A DNA stretch of 44,254 nucleotides, taken from the UHGV virus genome UHGV-1376702. One strand, given 5' to 3'. Below are positions 9,089 through 17,796 of the stretch, piece after piece (position 1 is the stretch's first letter; each line of letters begins with the position of its first letter). The notes beneath the pieces are model-generated. The model was not told where the DNA came from. It saw only the letters and a program-made list of their open reading frames with translations, and searched no databases. This stretch comes from a virus. The translations under genes and the position numbers were made by a program.

Positions 9089-9127
9089 GGTAATACAGTA
9101 CTATAAATGCTGTATTACCTTTTTTTA
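9089..9127 (+). terminator. rho-independent terminator
   Basis: Perfect 10-bp stem GGTAATACAG / CTGTATTACC with an 11-nt loop followed by T7, directly after the HNH gene stop. Confidence 0.6.
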
Positions 9128-9263
9128 TAAAAAGTGCTTGCTTTTTTAAATCTGCTAGGTGTATATTTATCCCATCGAAAGCGATACGGTCTACCGGGTA
9201 GCTCTAGATTCCAGAGTCAACTGGATAAGTAGACAGCCTGATAAGTCATATGAAAAACAGGTA

Positions 9264-9292
9264 TTGACAATAGCAGTAAACGCTTTTATAGT
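9264..9292 (+). promoter_or_regulatory. sigma70-type promoter (TTGACA-N17-TATAGT)
   Basis: Perfect -35 hexamer, 17-bp spacer, 5/6 match at -10; predicted start near 9299-9300. A weaker candidate (TTGCTT-N18-TATATT) lies at about 9138-9167. Confidence 0.6.
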
Positions 9293-9541
9293 TTGAACCA
9301 TGTTGCGGAGCAGTGTAGCGCCTAAAGGTGCTCTGACCACTAACCCTAGATACATGATAGTAGTAAGCGTGCCGGACGTTATCACCGGGGTTCTGAGACA
9401 AACCACACTGTCGAGGCGAGAGCAGCTCGCTCCTCTGAATCGAGGGAACAAGGCGCGGAGAGTATCCCGCAAAGAGCATATAACATAGCGTAGCAGTAAC
9501 AAGGCTGCGCTAGATTATGTTCTCTGAGAGGTAAGAAGATT

Positions 9542-9739
9542 ATGCGCAAAGCAAAGCGTTTAGCTTTACGGCGGAATATGCAGTTATCACTGAATCCCAC
9601 CGACAACGTGCCACTCACTGTGAAGCCAAGTAAACAAGGCCTGAGCTGTGAGCACAGGGTGAGAGGTAAGCAAAAGCAACGTGCTGGCAGTAAACAACCT
9701 TCGGGGTGGTCTACTATGAATGCACAGTTCGGACACTAA
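9542..9739 (+). CDS. small basic protein (hypothetical)
   Basis: 65-aa ORF with RBS GAGAGGTAAG 5-9 nt upstream; very Lys/Arg-rich; coding status uncertain. Confidence 0.3.
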   Translation: MRKAKRLALRRNMQLSLNPTDNVPLTVKPSKQGLSCEHRVRGKQKQRAGSKQPSGWSTMNAQFGH

Positions 9740-9743
9740 TTAC

Positions 9744-9775
9744 AGCCTATAGCATCCTATGGGGTGCTATGTGAA
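9744..9775 (+). promoter_or_regulatory. conserved hairpin element, copy A
   Basis: AGCCTAT + 7-bp stem (AGCATCC/GGGTGCT, one G-U) with 4-nt loop + ATGTGAA; about 40 nt upstream of the start at 9815; second copy at 10533. Confidence 0.4.
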
Positions 9776-9814
9776 GTAATTCGTAAAGTAAACAACCAAT
9801 CAAAGGGGTGCATT

Positions 9815-10399
9815 ATGACTAATTCCACCAATTCAACAGGTAAAGTATTCAAGCTCACCGCTGCTGGCAGCATTCGTAAAGCGCTGGGCGACGTAGTGGA
9901 AGCAAAGCGTAACATCACTATCAGCGCGCTCTTCCACGGCCTGATTAGCAGCAACGTATCATGGGCTACGGATATGCAGCGTAGCGATGCCGCTGACTTC
10001 GATATGGTGCTGCGTACGCTGTTGCCTATCAAGCTCAACAAGGAGTCCGGCAAATATGAGTTCAACGCTAAGAAGTGCTATGTGTCGGCTGAAAAGCTGG
10101 GTATCGAACTGGACACTATGCGTCTGGACTACAAACAAGCTGACAAGCAAGGCCGCGAAGTAATCGTAGCTAGATTTTATAGCTCCTGTATGGCCCTGTA
10201 CGCCGCCGAAGCAGAGCAGGTGAAGAATGACGCACTGGATGCCGATACAGTGCGCCTGCAAGCGCTGGGGCGCGTTAAAAACGCTATTAAGAAGGCTAAA
10301 GAGACTGGCGTAAGCGATGCTGACCTCGTGTCTATGCTGGTATCGCAAGGCGTGGACGTACGCGCTGTACTGGACGCAACTTTGAAGGCAGCGGCATAA
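9815..10399 (+). CDS. hypothetical early protein
   Basis: Start refined to ATG 9815 (RBS AAAGGGG); 195 aa; no recognisable motif. Confidence 0.55.
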   Translation: MTNSTNSTGKVFKLTAAGSIRKALGDVVEAKRNITISALFHGLISSNVSWATDMQRSDAADFDMVLRTLLPIKLNKESGKYEFNAKKCYVSAEKLGIELDTMRLDYKQADKQGREVIVARFYSSCMALYAAEAEQVKNDALDADTVRLQALGRVKNAIKKAKETGVSDADLVSMLVSQGVDVRAVLDATLKAAA

Positions 10400-10532
10400 T
10401 TTATAAAGTTCCGGTTATCAAGTGGTGGGCCTTGTGCCCTGCGGCCAACGATGCCGACGCTTTCGATATCCCTGTGCGGGCAATAGCTCAAAAATGGGTG
10501 TACGAGGGATTGGGCGAGTATCTCTAGTGGCA

Positions 10533-10564
10533 AGCCTATAGCGTCCTACGGGACGCTATGTGAA
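10533..10564 (+). promoter_or_regulatory. conserved hairpin element, copy B
   Basis: AGCCTAT + perfect 7-bp stem (AGCGTCC/GGACGCT) with 4-nt loop + ATGTGAA; about 25 nt upstream of the start at 10589; compensatory A:T to G:C change relative to copy A. Confidence 0.4.
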
Positions 10565-10588
10565 TGCAACTGGCGTATGAGGTGGCAT

Positions 10589-10810
10589 ATGAAAGCAATA
10601 CTGGTTTATCCGGGTCATGAACTCTGGCCCGTGTGGTGCAATCGCAAGTACGACGAATACAACTACACTGTGGTTATATTCTCTGACAAAGACACCAATC
10701 AGGAATCCCCATTCGAATTTGTGGATACCTACACCGAAATGGCTGCCCGCACTGTGCTGGACGCCGTTAATCTTGGCATCATCACCGATTGGAGACAACT
10801 ATATGGTTAA
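10589..10810 (+). CDS. hypothetical small acidic early protein
   Basis: Start refined to ATG 10589 (RBS GAGGTGG); 73 aa, Asp/Glu-rich. Confidence 0.5.
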   Translation: MKAILVYPGHELWPVWCNRKYDEYNYTVVIFSDKDTNQESPFEFVDTYTEMAARTVLDAVNLGIITDWRQLYG

Positions 10811-11066
10811 TGTATTCAACATCATTGTGACCAGCGCTATGCTGGTGCTGGGCAACGACGTAAACAACCCAATCCCATACTGCACAGTGCAGTTGCAGCA
10901 ACCCGCAACGCAGGAACCGCAGCCGCGCCCTGAGTATGACCTCTTTGAAGACCCCGAGGGCGGCTGCAAAGAGCTAGGCGCGCGTATTCTTGCCGCGGTG
11001 CAGGAGCAGTACCCGGACGCCGCCGTTACGCTTACGGTGGACGGTAAGAGCAACAGCGATATTTGA
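10803..11066 (+). CDS. hypothetical small early protein
   Basis: In-frame ATG 10803 overlapping the previous stop (ATATGG); hydrophobic N-terminus then acidic Pro/Gln/Glu-rich region; the upstream part of track ORF 10617..11066 overlaps the previous gene out of frame. Confidence 0.45.
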   Translation: MVNVFNIIVTSAMLVLGNDVNNPIPYCTVQLQQPATQEPQPRPEYDLFEDPEGGCKELGARILAAVQEQYPDAAVTLTVDGKSNSDI

Positions 11067-11144
11067 GGTTGGGCATGCACGGAAAGAATCCTGAGACGCT
11101 GCTAAAGCTAGGCTGCACCCAACCACTCCTACTGGGAGGCTCAC

Positions 11145-11489
11145 ATGATGACGGTAGATGAAGCTGCTGTTTTCATGTGGAAGCTGCTGGAAACGCAGGG
11201 CAAGTGCGGGTGCCCTTGGGGAACATTCAAAGAGGTTCCTAATGAACTCAAGCAAATCATACCGGTCGAGCGCAGACTCCTCCGTGTTCGTAGGCAGGAC
11301 TCTACGGTGGTGCTCACAACCTATCGCGAGTATACAGAATCTGCCGCGCGGCAGTTGCAAGAGCACATTCAGTTCGATGTGGTTGCAGCACTGCTACGGT
11401 ACGGGTATCGTGGAGCATATACAAGATTTAGGGCGGCAGTACGGGCATATTATAAGCAAGCGCAGATCGCTGCATGGTACGCACGCTGA
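11145..11489 (+). CDS. hypothetical early protein
   Basis: 114 aa; RBS GGAGG before ATGATG; protein-like composition, unlike the overlapping frame. Confidence 0.5.
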   Translation: MMTVDEAAVFMWKLLETQGKCGCPWGTFKEVPNELKQIIPVERRLLRVRRQDSTVVLTTYREYTESAARQLQEHIQFDVVAALLRYGYRGAYTRFRAAVRAYYKQAQIAAWYAR

Positions 11490-11538
11490 CTTAGTGGTTG
11501 GCGATGAACTCAAAGAACCTATTCAGGAGCAAACTAAA

Positions 11539-13215
11539 ATGCAAGAGACTAACACAGCACCTATCGAATGGAAAATCGTATTACCGGAAGGTGCAAACGC
11601 ACTGCCGATTAAAGAATCAATGTATTCCAGCGGTGATTACTGGACCCCGTTCCAGGACTTGCAAATGCAAGGGGAGGACCATCCCCACACTGAGGGTCCG
11701 CTGCAGGTGCTTATGGGTCTCCGCACTGTCAGTGCGCACACTCCAGGCTTAGAGGTGACTATAGGCGGGGCACTGCACCCAGAGTATCGCGAATCAACGA
11801 TGACGCTCGGCCCGTTGCAAAAGGTGGACCTGTACCGGTCCGGAACTTTCTGCGAACTCTTTGAACCGGTGCGAATCACCATAGACAGCAAGTTCTGGGA
11901 ACGCCGCCGCGACTTCTATGAGGGCGAGGATGTAGTGGTTGAGCGCGTAGTTGCTTGCGTCGAAGAATTCACAGGTTACAAGGTGCACAAGCAGGCCGTG
12001 CAGTTATTTGAGCGCATCATGCTTGCACCAGAAGAGCAGCAGCGCCGCTTATACACTGGCTACGATTACGGCCGCCACACCCGCGATGGCAACTTAGCTG
12101 CGCTGCTCATGAAGTTGCACGGATTCATAGTATCTAGATTCGCCGTGCCATTGGGCTTTGGTTTCCGCAACGGTGAGCCTATCGTGATGCTGGGGCAGCC
12201 GCGGATGCACAAGGACTTCGCCGCAGTTACCGAGTACCGTTGTGTGGAGATGCGCGTAGGTAAGTGGCTCGCTAACTACTACGGCAATGGCGTAGACTTC
12301 CGCGATGCTATCGAAGACCTCAAGGCTATGAACGTAGAGCCTACAACGTACCTGTGCAAGACCGAGCAGGAATGGTACGACTCCTACGAGAATGGCCCGA
12401 GTAGCTGCATGAGTGGATACTCATTTGAGCATAGCCCGGTGCGGGTGTATGCTACTACCAGCCACGGGCTGCCGGACAACGGGCTGCGCCTGTTCATCCA
12501 GTACACCGGGGAACTGTTCGGGGATGACTTCGAAGTGCAGGCACGGGCAATCGTTAACACAGAAACTAACGAGTACGTCCGCGCTTACGGCAACGCTGCG
12601 GATGCAATCCTGCGGGGGCATGGGTACACCAAAAACATTGAATGTCTCGAAGGGGTAATGCTGGCGCGAATACCGCACCCAACATACAACGGCGCAGTGC
12701 TGATGCCATACCTAGATAGCAGCCAGTGCGGCGTAGATGAGTATGGGGATGATGCCTTTGTAATCCGTGATGCTTATGAGTACGAGGCACAAGACTCAGA
12801 AGGATACATCTACGTAGGCACTGAGTCTGCTGGGTGCTGCTGCTGTGAATGTCGCTACTCTGTAGATGACATGCAGGAGACCGCAGATGGTGATATGGTC
12901 TGCGACGGCTGCGTAGAAGAAGGGGATTTTGTGTACGTAGTTGGGCGTGATGGTCTGCATAATCGCTGGAGCTGCACCTGGTCTGATTACCACGACGCCT
13001 ATGTATACGACGAGGACATAGAGCGCTGCGAAGTAGAGGGTGTAGTGCACGACCAAGAGGAACTGGTGTTTGCACAGGACCGGCAAGTGCTTATTGAACA
13101 CGCAGAAGAACACCCAGTGCACGGGTTAATTCTCACTGAGCATGCAGCTGATTGCTTGGGAGAGAAGTACCTGGGAAACGATGAAGATGAAGAAGAAGCA
13201 GAGGAGGCAGCTTAA
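11539..13215 (+). CDS. large early protein of unknown function (Cys cluster, acidic C-terminal tail)
   Basis: Start refined to ATG 11539 (RBS AGGAGC); the 127-codon 5' extension in the track has junk-like composition. 558 aa; CCCCEC and CDGC clusters near the C-terminus; ends NDEDEEEAEEAA. Confidence 0.55.
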   Translation: MQETNTAPIEWKIVLPEGANALPIKESMYSSGDYWTPFQDLQMQGEDHPHTEGPLQVLMGLRTVSAHTPGLEVTIGGALHPEYRESTMTLGPLQKVDLYRSGTFCELFEPVRITIDSKFWERRRDFYEGEDVVVERVVACVEEFTGYKVHKQAVQLFERIMLAPEEQQRRLYTGYDYGRHTRDGNLAALLMKLHGFIVSRFAVPLGFGFRNGEPIVMLGQPRMHKDFAAVTEYRCVEMRVGKWLANYYGNGVDFRDAIEDLKAMNVEPTTYLCKTEQEWYDSYENGPSSCMSGYSFEHSPVRVYATTSHGLPDNGLRLFIQYTGELFGDDFEVQARAIVNTETNEYVRAYGNAADAILRGHGYTKNIECLEGVMLARIPHPTYNGAVLMPYLDSSQCGVDEYGDDAFVIRDAYEYEAQDSEGYIYVGTESAGCCCCECRYSVDDMQETADGDMVCDGCVEEGDFVYVVGRDGLHNRWSCTWSDYHDAYVYDEDIERCEVEGVVHDQEELVFAQDRQVLIEHAEEHPVHGLILTEHAADCLGEKYLGNDEDEEEAEEAA

Positions 13216-14261
13216 TGTTCTTGAATCCGCATGGGATTGATATGCAGCTGCTCTTGCAGATACTGCGAACGCACCGGCCTAGCTGGGCAAGCACTAAGTG
13301 GTTCGATCCGCTGCTTATGCAGGCGCTGGGTAGTGGTATGCACTACGTAAAGGATAAGCACGGGAACTACTTCGTGCTGGTGGGGGACTCAGAGCAAAGT
13401 GATGTAGCGTTTACGTCTCATCTCGATACGGTGGCCCGCCCAACCAGCGCTGCACCGGACGTCGGCTGCACTAACAAGGGCGTGCTGTTCGTAAAGAATC
13501 CGCAACAAGCTGACTGCTTGGGGGCGGACTGCGGTGCCGGTGTCTACCTGATGCTGGAGATGCTGCGGCGGGGTGTGCACGGACGCTACTGCTTCTTCGT
13601 GGATGAGGAGGTTGGCTGCGAAGGCAGCGCTGCATCGGTCAAGGATGACACTGGATTTTGGACTGGTGTCAAGGCGATGATTAGCTTTGACCGCCGCGGA
13701 GATGGTATCATTACGCACCAGCGGTACATGCGCTGCTGCTCTGATACCTTTGCCAAGACTCTGGCAGAGCGCCTAGGACGCACGGAGCAGCACTTACAAA
13801 AGGGTGTGTATACTGACTCAGCCGAGTTCGTCGGCATCATCCCTGAGTGCACCAACGTCGGTGTAGGGTACATGCACGAGCACACTCCGGATGAGGTGCT
13901 GGACCTGAACATCCTGGGGAAAGTGCTTGAGCGGGTACTGCAAGATGGTACGTTCTCGCACCTTCCGATTGAGCGGGACCCGAAGGTAGTAGAGCCGGAC
14001 CAATGGCTCTCAGCATCGACGCTCAGTTTACGGCAGCCATGGGATATGCCGCCAGACGAGGACCCGCAATTGCTGGCAGCGTTCCGTGTAGTGTCGCAGC
14101 TTTCTAAACAACAACTGGTTAGCTGGGTGCAGGAGAATCCAGAGAAGGCGGCGGAGTACATAATGGTGTTCTCCGATTACGGCTTTAAAGAAGAACTGAT
14201 TGAATTAGGCACCCGAGTCGTAGAAGACTGGGGTGGATACGATAATATTGTGGAGGGTTAA
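13215..14261 (+). CDS. di-zinc metallopeptidase-like protein (clan MH, M20/M28/M42-like)
   Basis: 348 aa; ordered motifs SHLDTV (His-x-Asp), GADCGAG (bridging Asp), DEEVGCEGS (Glu-Glu), FDRRGDG, GYMHEH match the metal-ligand pattern of M20/M28 aminopeptidase/deacylase folds; recognised by eye only. Confidence 0.45.
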   Translation: MFLNPHGIDMQLLLQILRTHRPSWASTKWFDPLLMQALGSGMHYVKDKHGNYFVLVGDSEQSDVAFTSHLDTVARPTSAAPDVGCTNKGVLFVKNPQQADCLGADCGAGVYLMLEMLRRGVHGRYCFFVDEEVGCEGSAASVKDDTGFWTGVKAMISFDRRGDGIITHQRYMRCCSDTFAKTLAERLGRTEQHLQKGVYTDSAEFVGIIPECTNVGVGYMHEHTPDEVLDLNILGKVLERVLQDGTFSHLPIERDPKVVEPDQWLSASTLSLRQPWDMPPDEDPQLLAAFRVVSQLSKQQLVSWVQENPEKAAEYIMVFSDYGFKEELIELGTRVVEDWGGYDNIVEG

Positions 14262-14263
14262 TT

Positions 14264-14722
14264 ATGTCTAATTTTAAAGTTGGTGATAAAGTTGTGCGTA
14301 CAGTTGAGAGCAAAACGTTCTGGCTCATTCAAGGCGTTAAGAATTATTACATTGTAACGGATGTTGGCGCAGGTGGTTACTGGTTACAGTTGGATGGGGT
14401 GCGAGATAAGGAGGACCCCCGTCCGTGGTACGCGCCAAACTTCGAACTGTACCAAGAGCCCGAGGACGAGGAGCTGCCGCCGGTTCCAGCCAGTGTAACC
14501 TACGTGAACTCCAAGCGCGATTCTGGAAATGACCAGCGCCTAGTCCTTGATAAGGACAACGGTGAAGGGGAAGGATTAATGTACATCGGAGTAATCCCTC
14601 GCAAGGGAAGTACTCGAGCACAGATGGAGATTGGGATTAACATCGACCCTGATTCAGCCCTGCAGTTGGCGCACGACCTGCGCCGCATGGCTATGGATAT
14701 CAAACGTAAGGAGAAAGCATAA
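14264..14722 (+). CDS. hypothetical protein
   Basis: 152-aa ORF; A+T-rich 5' half relative to the surrounding genome; no motif. Confidence 0.45.
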   Translation: MSNFKVGDKVVRTVESKTFWLIQGVKNYYIVTDVGAGGYWLQLDGVRDKEDPRPWYAPNFELYQEPEDEELPPVPASVTYVNSKRDSGNDQRLVLDKDNGEGEGLMYIGVIPRKGSTRAQMEIGINIDPDSALQLAHDLRRMAMDIKRKEKA

Positions 14723-14910
14723 TGAAAGTAAAAGCTCTAGAAAATAGCCCAGAGAACTTTCTGTTCACGGACAGAACCTATACCTTAATTAACGTAAAGG
14801 ATGGTCGCGCCACTATAAAAGATGATTTAACCAATTTAACTACGGTGGTTAAAGTGGAGCGAATTTTACTCACAGAGGGTAACGCTACCGATGGACCAGC
14901 CCTGGCTTAG
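14722..14910 (+). CDS. hypothetical small protein
   Basis: 62-aa ORF; start overlaps previous stop (TAATG); A+T-rich. Confidence 0.35.
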   Translation: MKVKALENSPENFLFTDRTYTLINVKDGRATIKDDLTNLTTVVKVERILLTEGNATDGPALA

Positions 14911-15676
14911 AGCGTGCAAGCGCCTGGCCGTGGGGCAGAGGGCACGCTTTCGGTGCTGCGGCAGGGACGCCGCCGGGGTGCTCTACAATAACCCGGATGC
15001 CTGGGAATACTATTGCCACCGCTGCAAACAGGTGGGCAAGGAGCACAAGCAGTACCAGCGCATACAGTTACAGGAAGAGCCGAGGGTGCAGCCCTCTGCA
15101 CCTGCAGATGCAATTTGCATTAGCCAAGCGCCTGCGGAAACGCAGAGTTTTATTTACGGATTCCTGACCACAAAGGGAATCATGCCTGAAATGGTGGAGG
15201 ATGCAGAATGGAGCAAAGAGAAACAGCGGATAATCTTCCGTGTCGGAAGCGCTGCTCTAGGCCGTGCAGTGCATGCTCGGCAGCAACCGAAGTGGGTAAT
15301 GTACGGCCAGCCAATAGCTTTCGCTGTCGCGGCACCTGCCGTAGCACCGGCTGTAGCTGCGGCCGCACCTCTAAAGGTCGTGCTCACCGAGGACTTACTC
15401 TCAGCCCGGAAGATACAGCACGCAGTTACGAGCTACAGTGCGTTGAACGTGCAGGCTATAGCTATGCTGGGTACACGCTTGCCCACGCCGCTGAGGGCTT
15501 GGCTGATACAGAATCGCCCGGAAGTGATTCTGATGCTGGACAATGACCCAGCAGGGCACGCTGGAGTAGCGGCGGCGCGCCGCGCACTGCGTCCGTTCAT
15601 GCAGTGTCGTGAGCATTACTTCGCTGCGGACCCGAAGGATGCAGAAATCAAAGAGATTCTGGAGGCTTTACAATGA
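14891..15676 (+). CDS. DNA primase (zinc ribbon + TOPRIM)
   Basis: 261 aa; N-terminal CCG...CHRC zinc-ribbon; TOPRIM-like acidic motifs (VVLTEDLL and ILMLDNDPAGHAG). Confidence 0.75.
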   Translation: MDQPWLRACKRLAVGQRARFRCCGRDAAGVLYNNPDAWEYYCHRCKQVGKEHKQYQRIQLQEEPRVQPSAPADAICISQAPAETQSFIYGFLTTKGIMPEMVEDAEWSKEKQRIIFRVGSAALGRAVHARQQPKWVMYGQPIAFAVAAPAVAPAVAAAAPLKVVLTEDLLSARKIQHAVTSYSALNVQAIAMLGTRLPTPLRAWLIQNRPEVILMLDNDPAGHAGVAAARRALRPFMQCREHYFAADPKDAEIKEILEALQ

Positions 15677-15867
15677 ATATGGGTATCTGGGTTTTAATCA
15701 TGGCGATTAATGGCAGTGCGGTTAGCGACACAGACTTCGCTGCGCTAACCACTCAAGAGTTCACAACGGAGGCTGCCTGCAACAAGGCGGCCAAGGCGTT
15801 CGAAGAGAAGTTTGACACATTCAGGGTGTATACCGCTAAAGCAATCTGCGTTCCGAAGGAGGTTTAA
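15673..15867 (+). CDS. small protein with signal-peptide-like N-terminus
   Basis: 64 aa; hydrophobic N-terminus MNMGIWVLIMAINGSAVS; overlaps primase stop. Confidence 0.35.
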   Translation: MNMGIWVLIMAINGSAVSDTDFAALTTQEFTTEAACNKAAKAFEEKFDTFRVYTAKAICVPKEV

Positions 15868-16305
15868 TTGGACCTAATAGGTGATTGCATAGACCACGGG
15901 AGAAAGGGCAACCACAATGGGTATGGAGTAACCTCGTGGCCTGGAAACAGGAAACGCACAGCACTGAAACACAGGGTTGTGATGGCTAATAAATTAGGCG
16001 TCCCATTGGAGGCAATAAGCGGAAAGGTTGTCAGGCATAAGTGTGACAATCCCCGCTGTATAAACCCGGACCACTTAGAACTTGGCACTCAACTTGACAA
16101 CGTAGAAGATGCCAGAAAGAGGGGCCGGGTTTCTAGTGGCTCAAGACACTACAAGGCAACTGTTTCAGCGGACTTGATACAGTGGGTACGTGATGTGTAC
16201 GTAAAGCGCAGCAAAGAGTACAACCAGTACGCCTTAGCCAAGAGACTGGGAGTATCCCGCTCGTGTATAAACAACTGGCTCAACAACTACACTAGGGGTG
16301 GGTGA
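15868..16305 (+). CDS. HNH homing endonuclease
   Basis: 145 aa (TTG start after RBS AGGAGG); motifs CIDHG, HR, VRHKCDNPRCINPDHLELGT...N shared with four paralogues in this window. Confidence 0.8.
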   Translation: MDLIGDCIDHGRKGNHNGYGVTSWPGNRKRTALKHRVVMANKLGVPLEAISGKVVRHKCDNPRCINPDHLELGTQLDNVEDARKRGRVSSGSRHYKATVSADLIQWVRDVYVKRSKEYNQYALAKRLGVSRSCINNWLNNYTRGG

Positions 16306-17588
16306 GTATGGATTTAATAGTTGTGCGTGCGATGTGCACGCAGAAGGTTTGGAACCGACTGCGAGAGCAGATTCCTAAGTCGATGCTTGCGCCGGATACG
16401 TCGAACCTTCTGGACTGGGTGGGGCTGTACTGGAACACGTACCCGGAGCACCAGGAGGTGCAATGGGATGCGATGCAGAGCATGCTCAACCTCCGGGCGG
16501 GGCACCTATCCCGGGAAGAGCGGGTAATCATGGACGAGCTTATGCGGGGAGTACAAGCCGTGCCGCAGGATTCTGTGGTGGGGATTGTCCAGACCCTGAA
16601 TGAGCTGGCCTACAGCGGGGAGGTAGCAGCGCTGACGCAGCGCTACCAAGACGGTGAGGAGATTGATTACCTGCTGGAAATGAAGCACCTACAGCGCAAG
16701 TACGGTGACGGCGCTGCGGTGCATGATTCGCTGCTTGAATGGGAGAGCGGTAGTGTTGACGAAATACTTGCCGCGACTGACGAGAGCGGAGGTCTTAAAC
16801 TGGGCGTGTTCGAGCAACTCTCTAGCAACATCCGGGGCCTACGCGGCGGGGACTGCATCGCAGTGGCTGCCCCTGTGGACTCTGGTAAAACTAGCCTGCT
16901 TGCTGCTATTGCTGTGGACTTTGCTGAGCAGATGCAGCAGCAGCCGGAAGTATACGGGGACCGCCCGATTCTCTGGCTGGTTAACGAGGGTCCGGCGACG
17001 CGTACGGTGCCGAGGGTATATCAAGCGGCGCTGCACTGGACTCTGGCAGAGATTAAGGACAGGCACAGTAAGCAAGAGTTCGTGCCAGCCTACCTCAAGA
17101 AAGTAGGCAGGGCTGACCGGATTCGTGTTAAGGCTGCGCACTCCTTGACGATGGCGCAGATATCCACGCTCATGGAGGAGATGCGCCCTGCGGTAATCAT
17201 CATCGACATGGTGGCGAACATCCGTGGCGGCACTATGGAGACCGAGCACCAGAACCTCGAGGCGAAATGGCAGGAGCTGCGCATACTTGGGTGCGAGAAC
17301 GACTGCGCTATTGTAGGCACTATGCAGCTTTCACTCGAAGGTTACAACATGCTGTTCCCGCCGCTCACCGCTATGAAGCAGAGCAAGATTGGCGTACAGG
17401 GTGCCCTGGACTTGGCTATTATGATGGGATGCTTGGACAGAAACGAGCAGCCGCACATGCAAAACGTCCGTGGTATCAGTACTCCGAAGAACAAGATGGC
17501 ACTGTCTGGTAAAGAGTCGCTACTGCAATTCGAGGTGGGATTCGAGCCGGGTCGTTGCCGCTTTGACGAGGGCCAGATTAACCGGTGA
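16302..17588 (+). CDS. replicative DNA helicase (DnaB/T7 gp4-like)
   Basis: 428 aa; Walker A (VAAPVDSGKTSLL), Walker B-like (VIIIDMVANI). Confidence 0.8.
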   Translation: MSMDLIVVRAMCTQKVWNRLREQIPKSMLAPDTSNLLDWVGLYWNTYPEHQEVQWDAMQSMLNLRAGHLSREERVIMDELMRGVQAVPQDSVVGIVQTLNELAYSGEVAALTQRYQDGEEIDYLLEMKHLQRKYGDGAAVHDSLLEWESGSVDEILAATDESGGLKLGVFEQLSSNIRGLRGGDCIAVAAPVDSGKTSLLAAIAVDFAEQMQQQPEVYGDRPILWLVNEGPATRTVPRVYQAALHWTLAEIKDRHSKQEFVPAYLKKVGRADRIRVKAAHSLTMAQISTLMEEMRPAVIIIDMVANIRGGTMETEHQNLEAKWQELRILGCENDCAIVGTMQLSLEGYNMLFPPLTAMKQSKIGVQGALDLAIMMGCLDRNEQPHMQNVRGISTPKNKMALSGKESLLQFEVGFEPGRCRFDEGQINR

Positions 17589-17640
17589 CTTCCCTAGCGC
17601 CTTCTCTGAGGGCGCTATGTAGGTACAATAGGAGGCTACT

Positions 17641-17796
17641 ATGCTTAAACCGTCAGACATTAACTACCTCGATGAAGAGGTAATCAAGGCGTACGCTGCA
17701 TCTGCAGGTACTTTCCGTAAACAGTTTGCACTGGACAGCAGCCAGCTGATTGTGCATCTGGCGATTAATAAGGCTCGGAGGGCTAATTGGAAATGA
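17641..17796 (+). CDS. hypothetical small protein
   Basis: 51-aa ORF with strong RBS AGGAGG; its stop overlaps the ATG of the next HNH gene (ATGA). Confidence 0.35.
   Translation: MLKPSDINYLDEEVIKAYAASAGTFRKQFALDSSQLIVHLAINKARRANWK

Noticed and set aside
9300-9750. tRNA gene in the gap downstream of the sigma70 promoter
   Set aside because: No GTTCRA-type T-loop with a 7-bp acceptor stem and no cloverleaf arrangement could be found by eye.
11158-11538. 127-codon 5' extension of the large early ORF
   Set aside because: This part is Ser/Arg/Cys/Trp-rich junk and overlaps the better-looking 11145..11489 ORF in another frame; an internal ATG at 11539 has a good RBS, so the gene most likely starts there.
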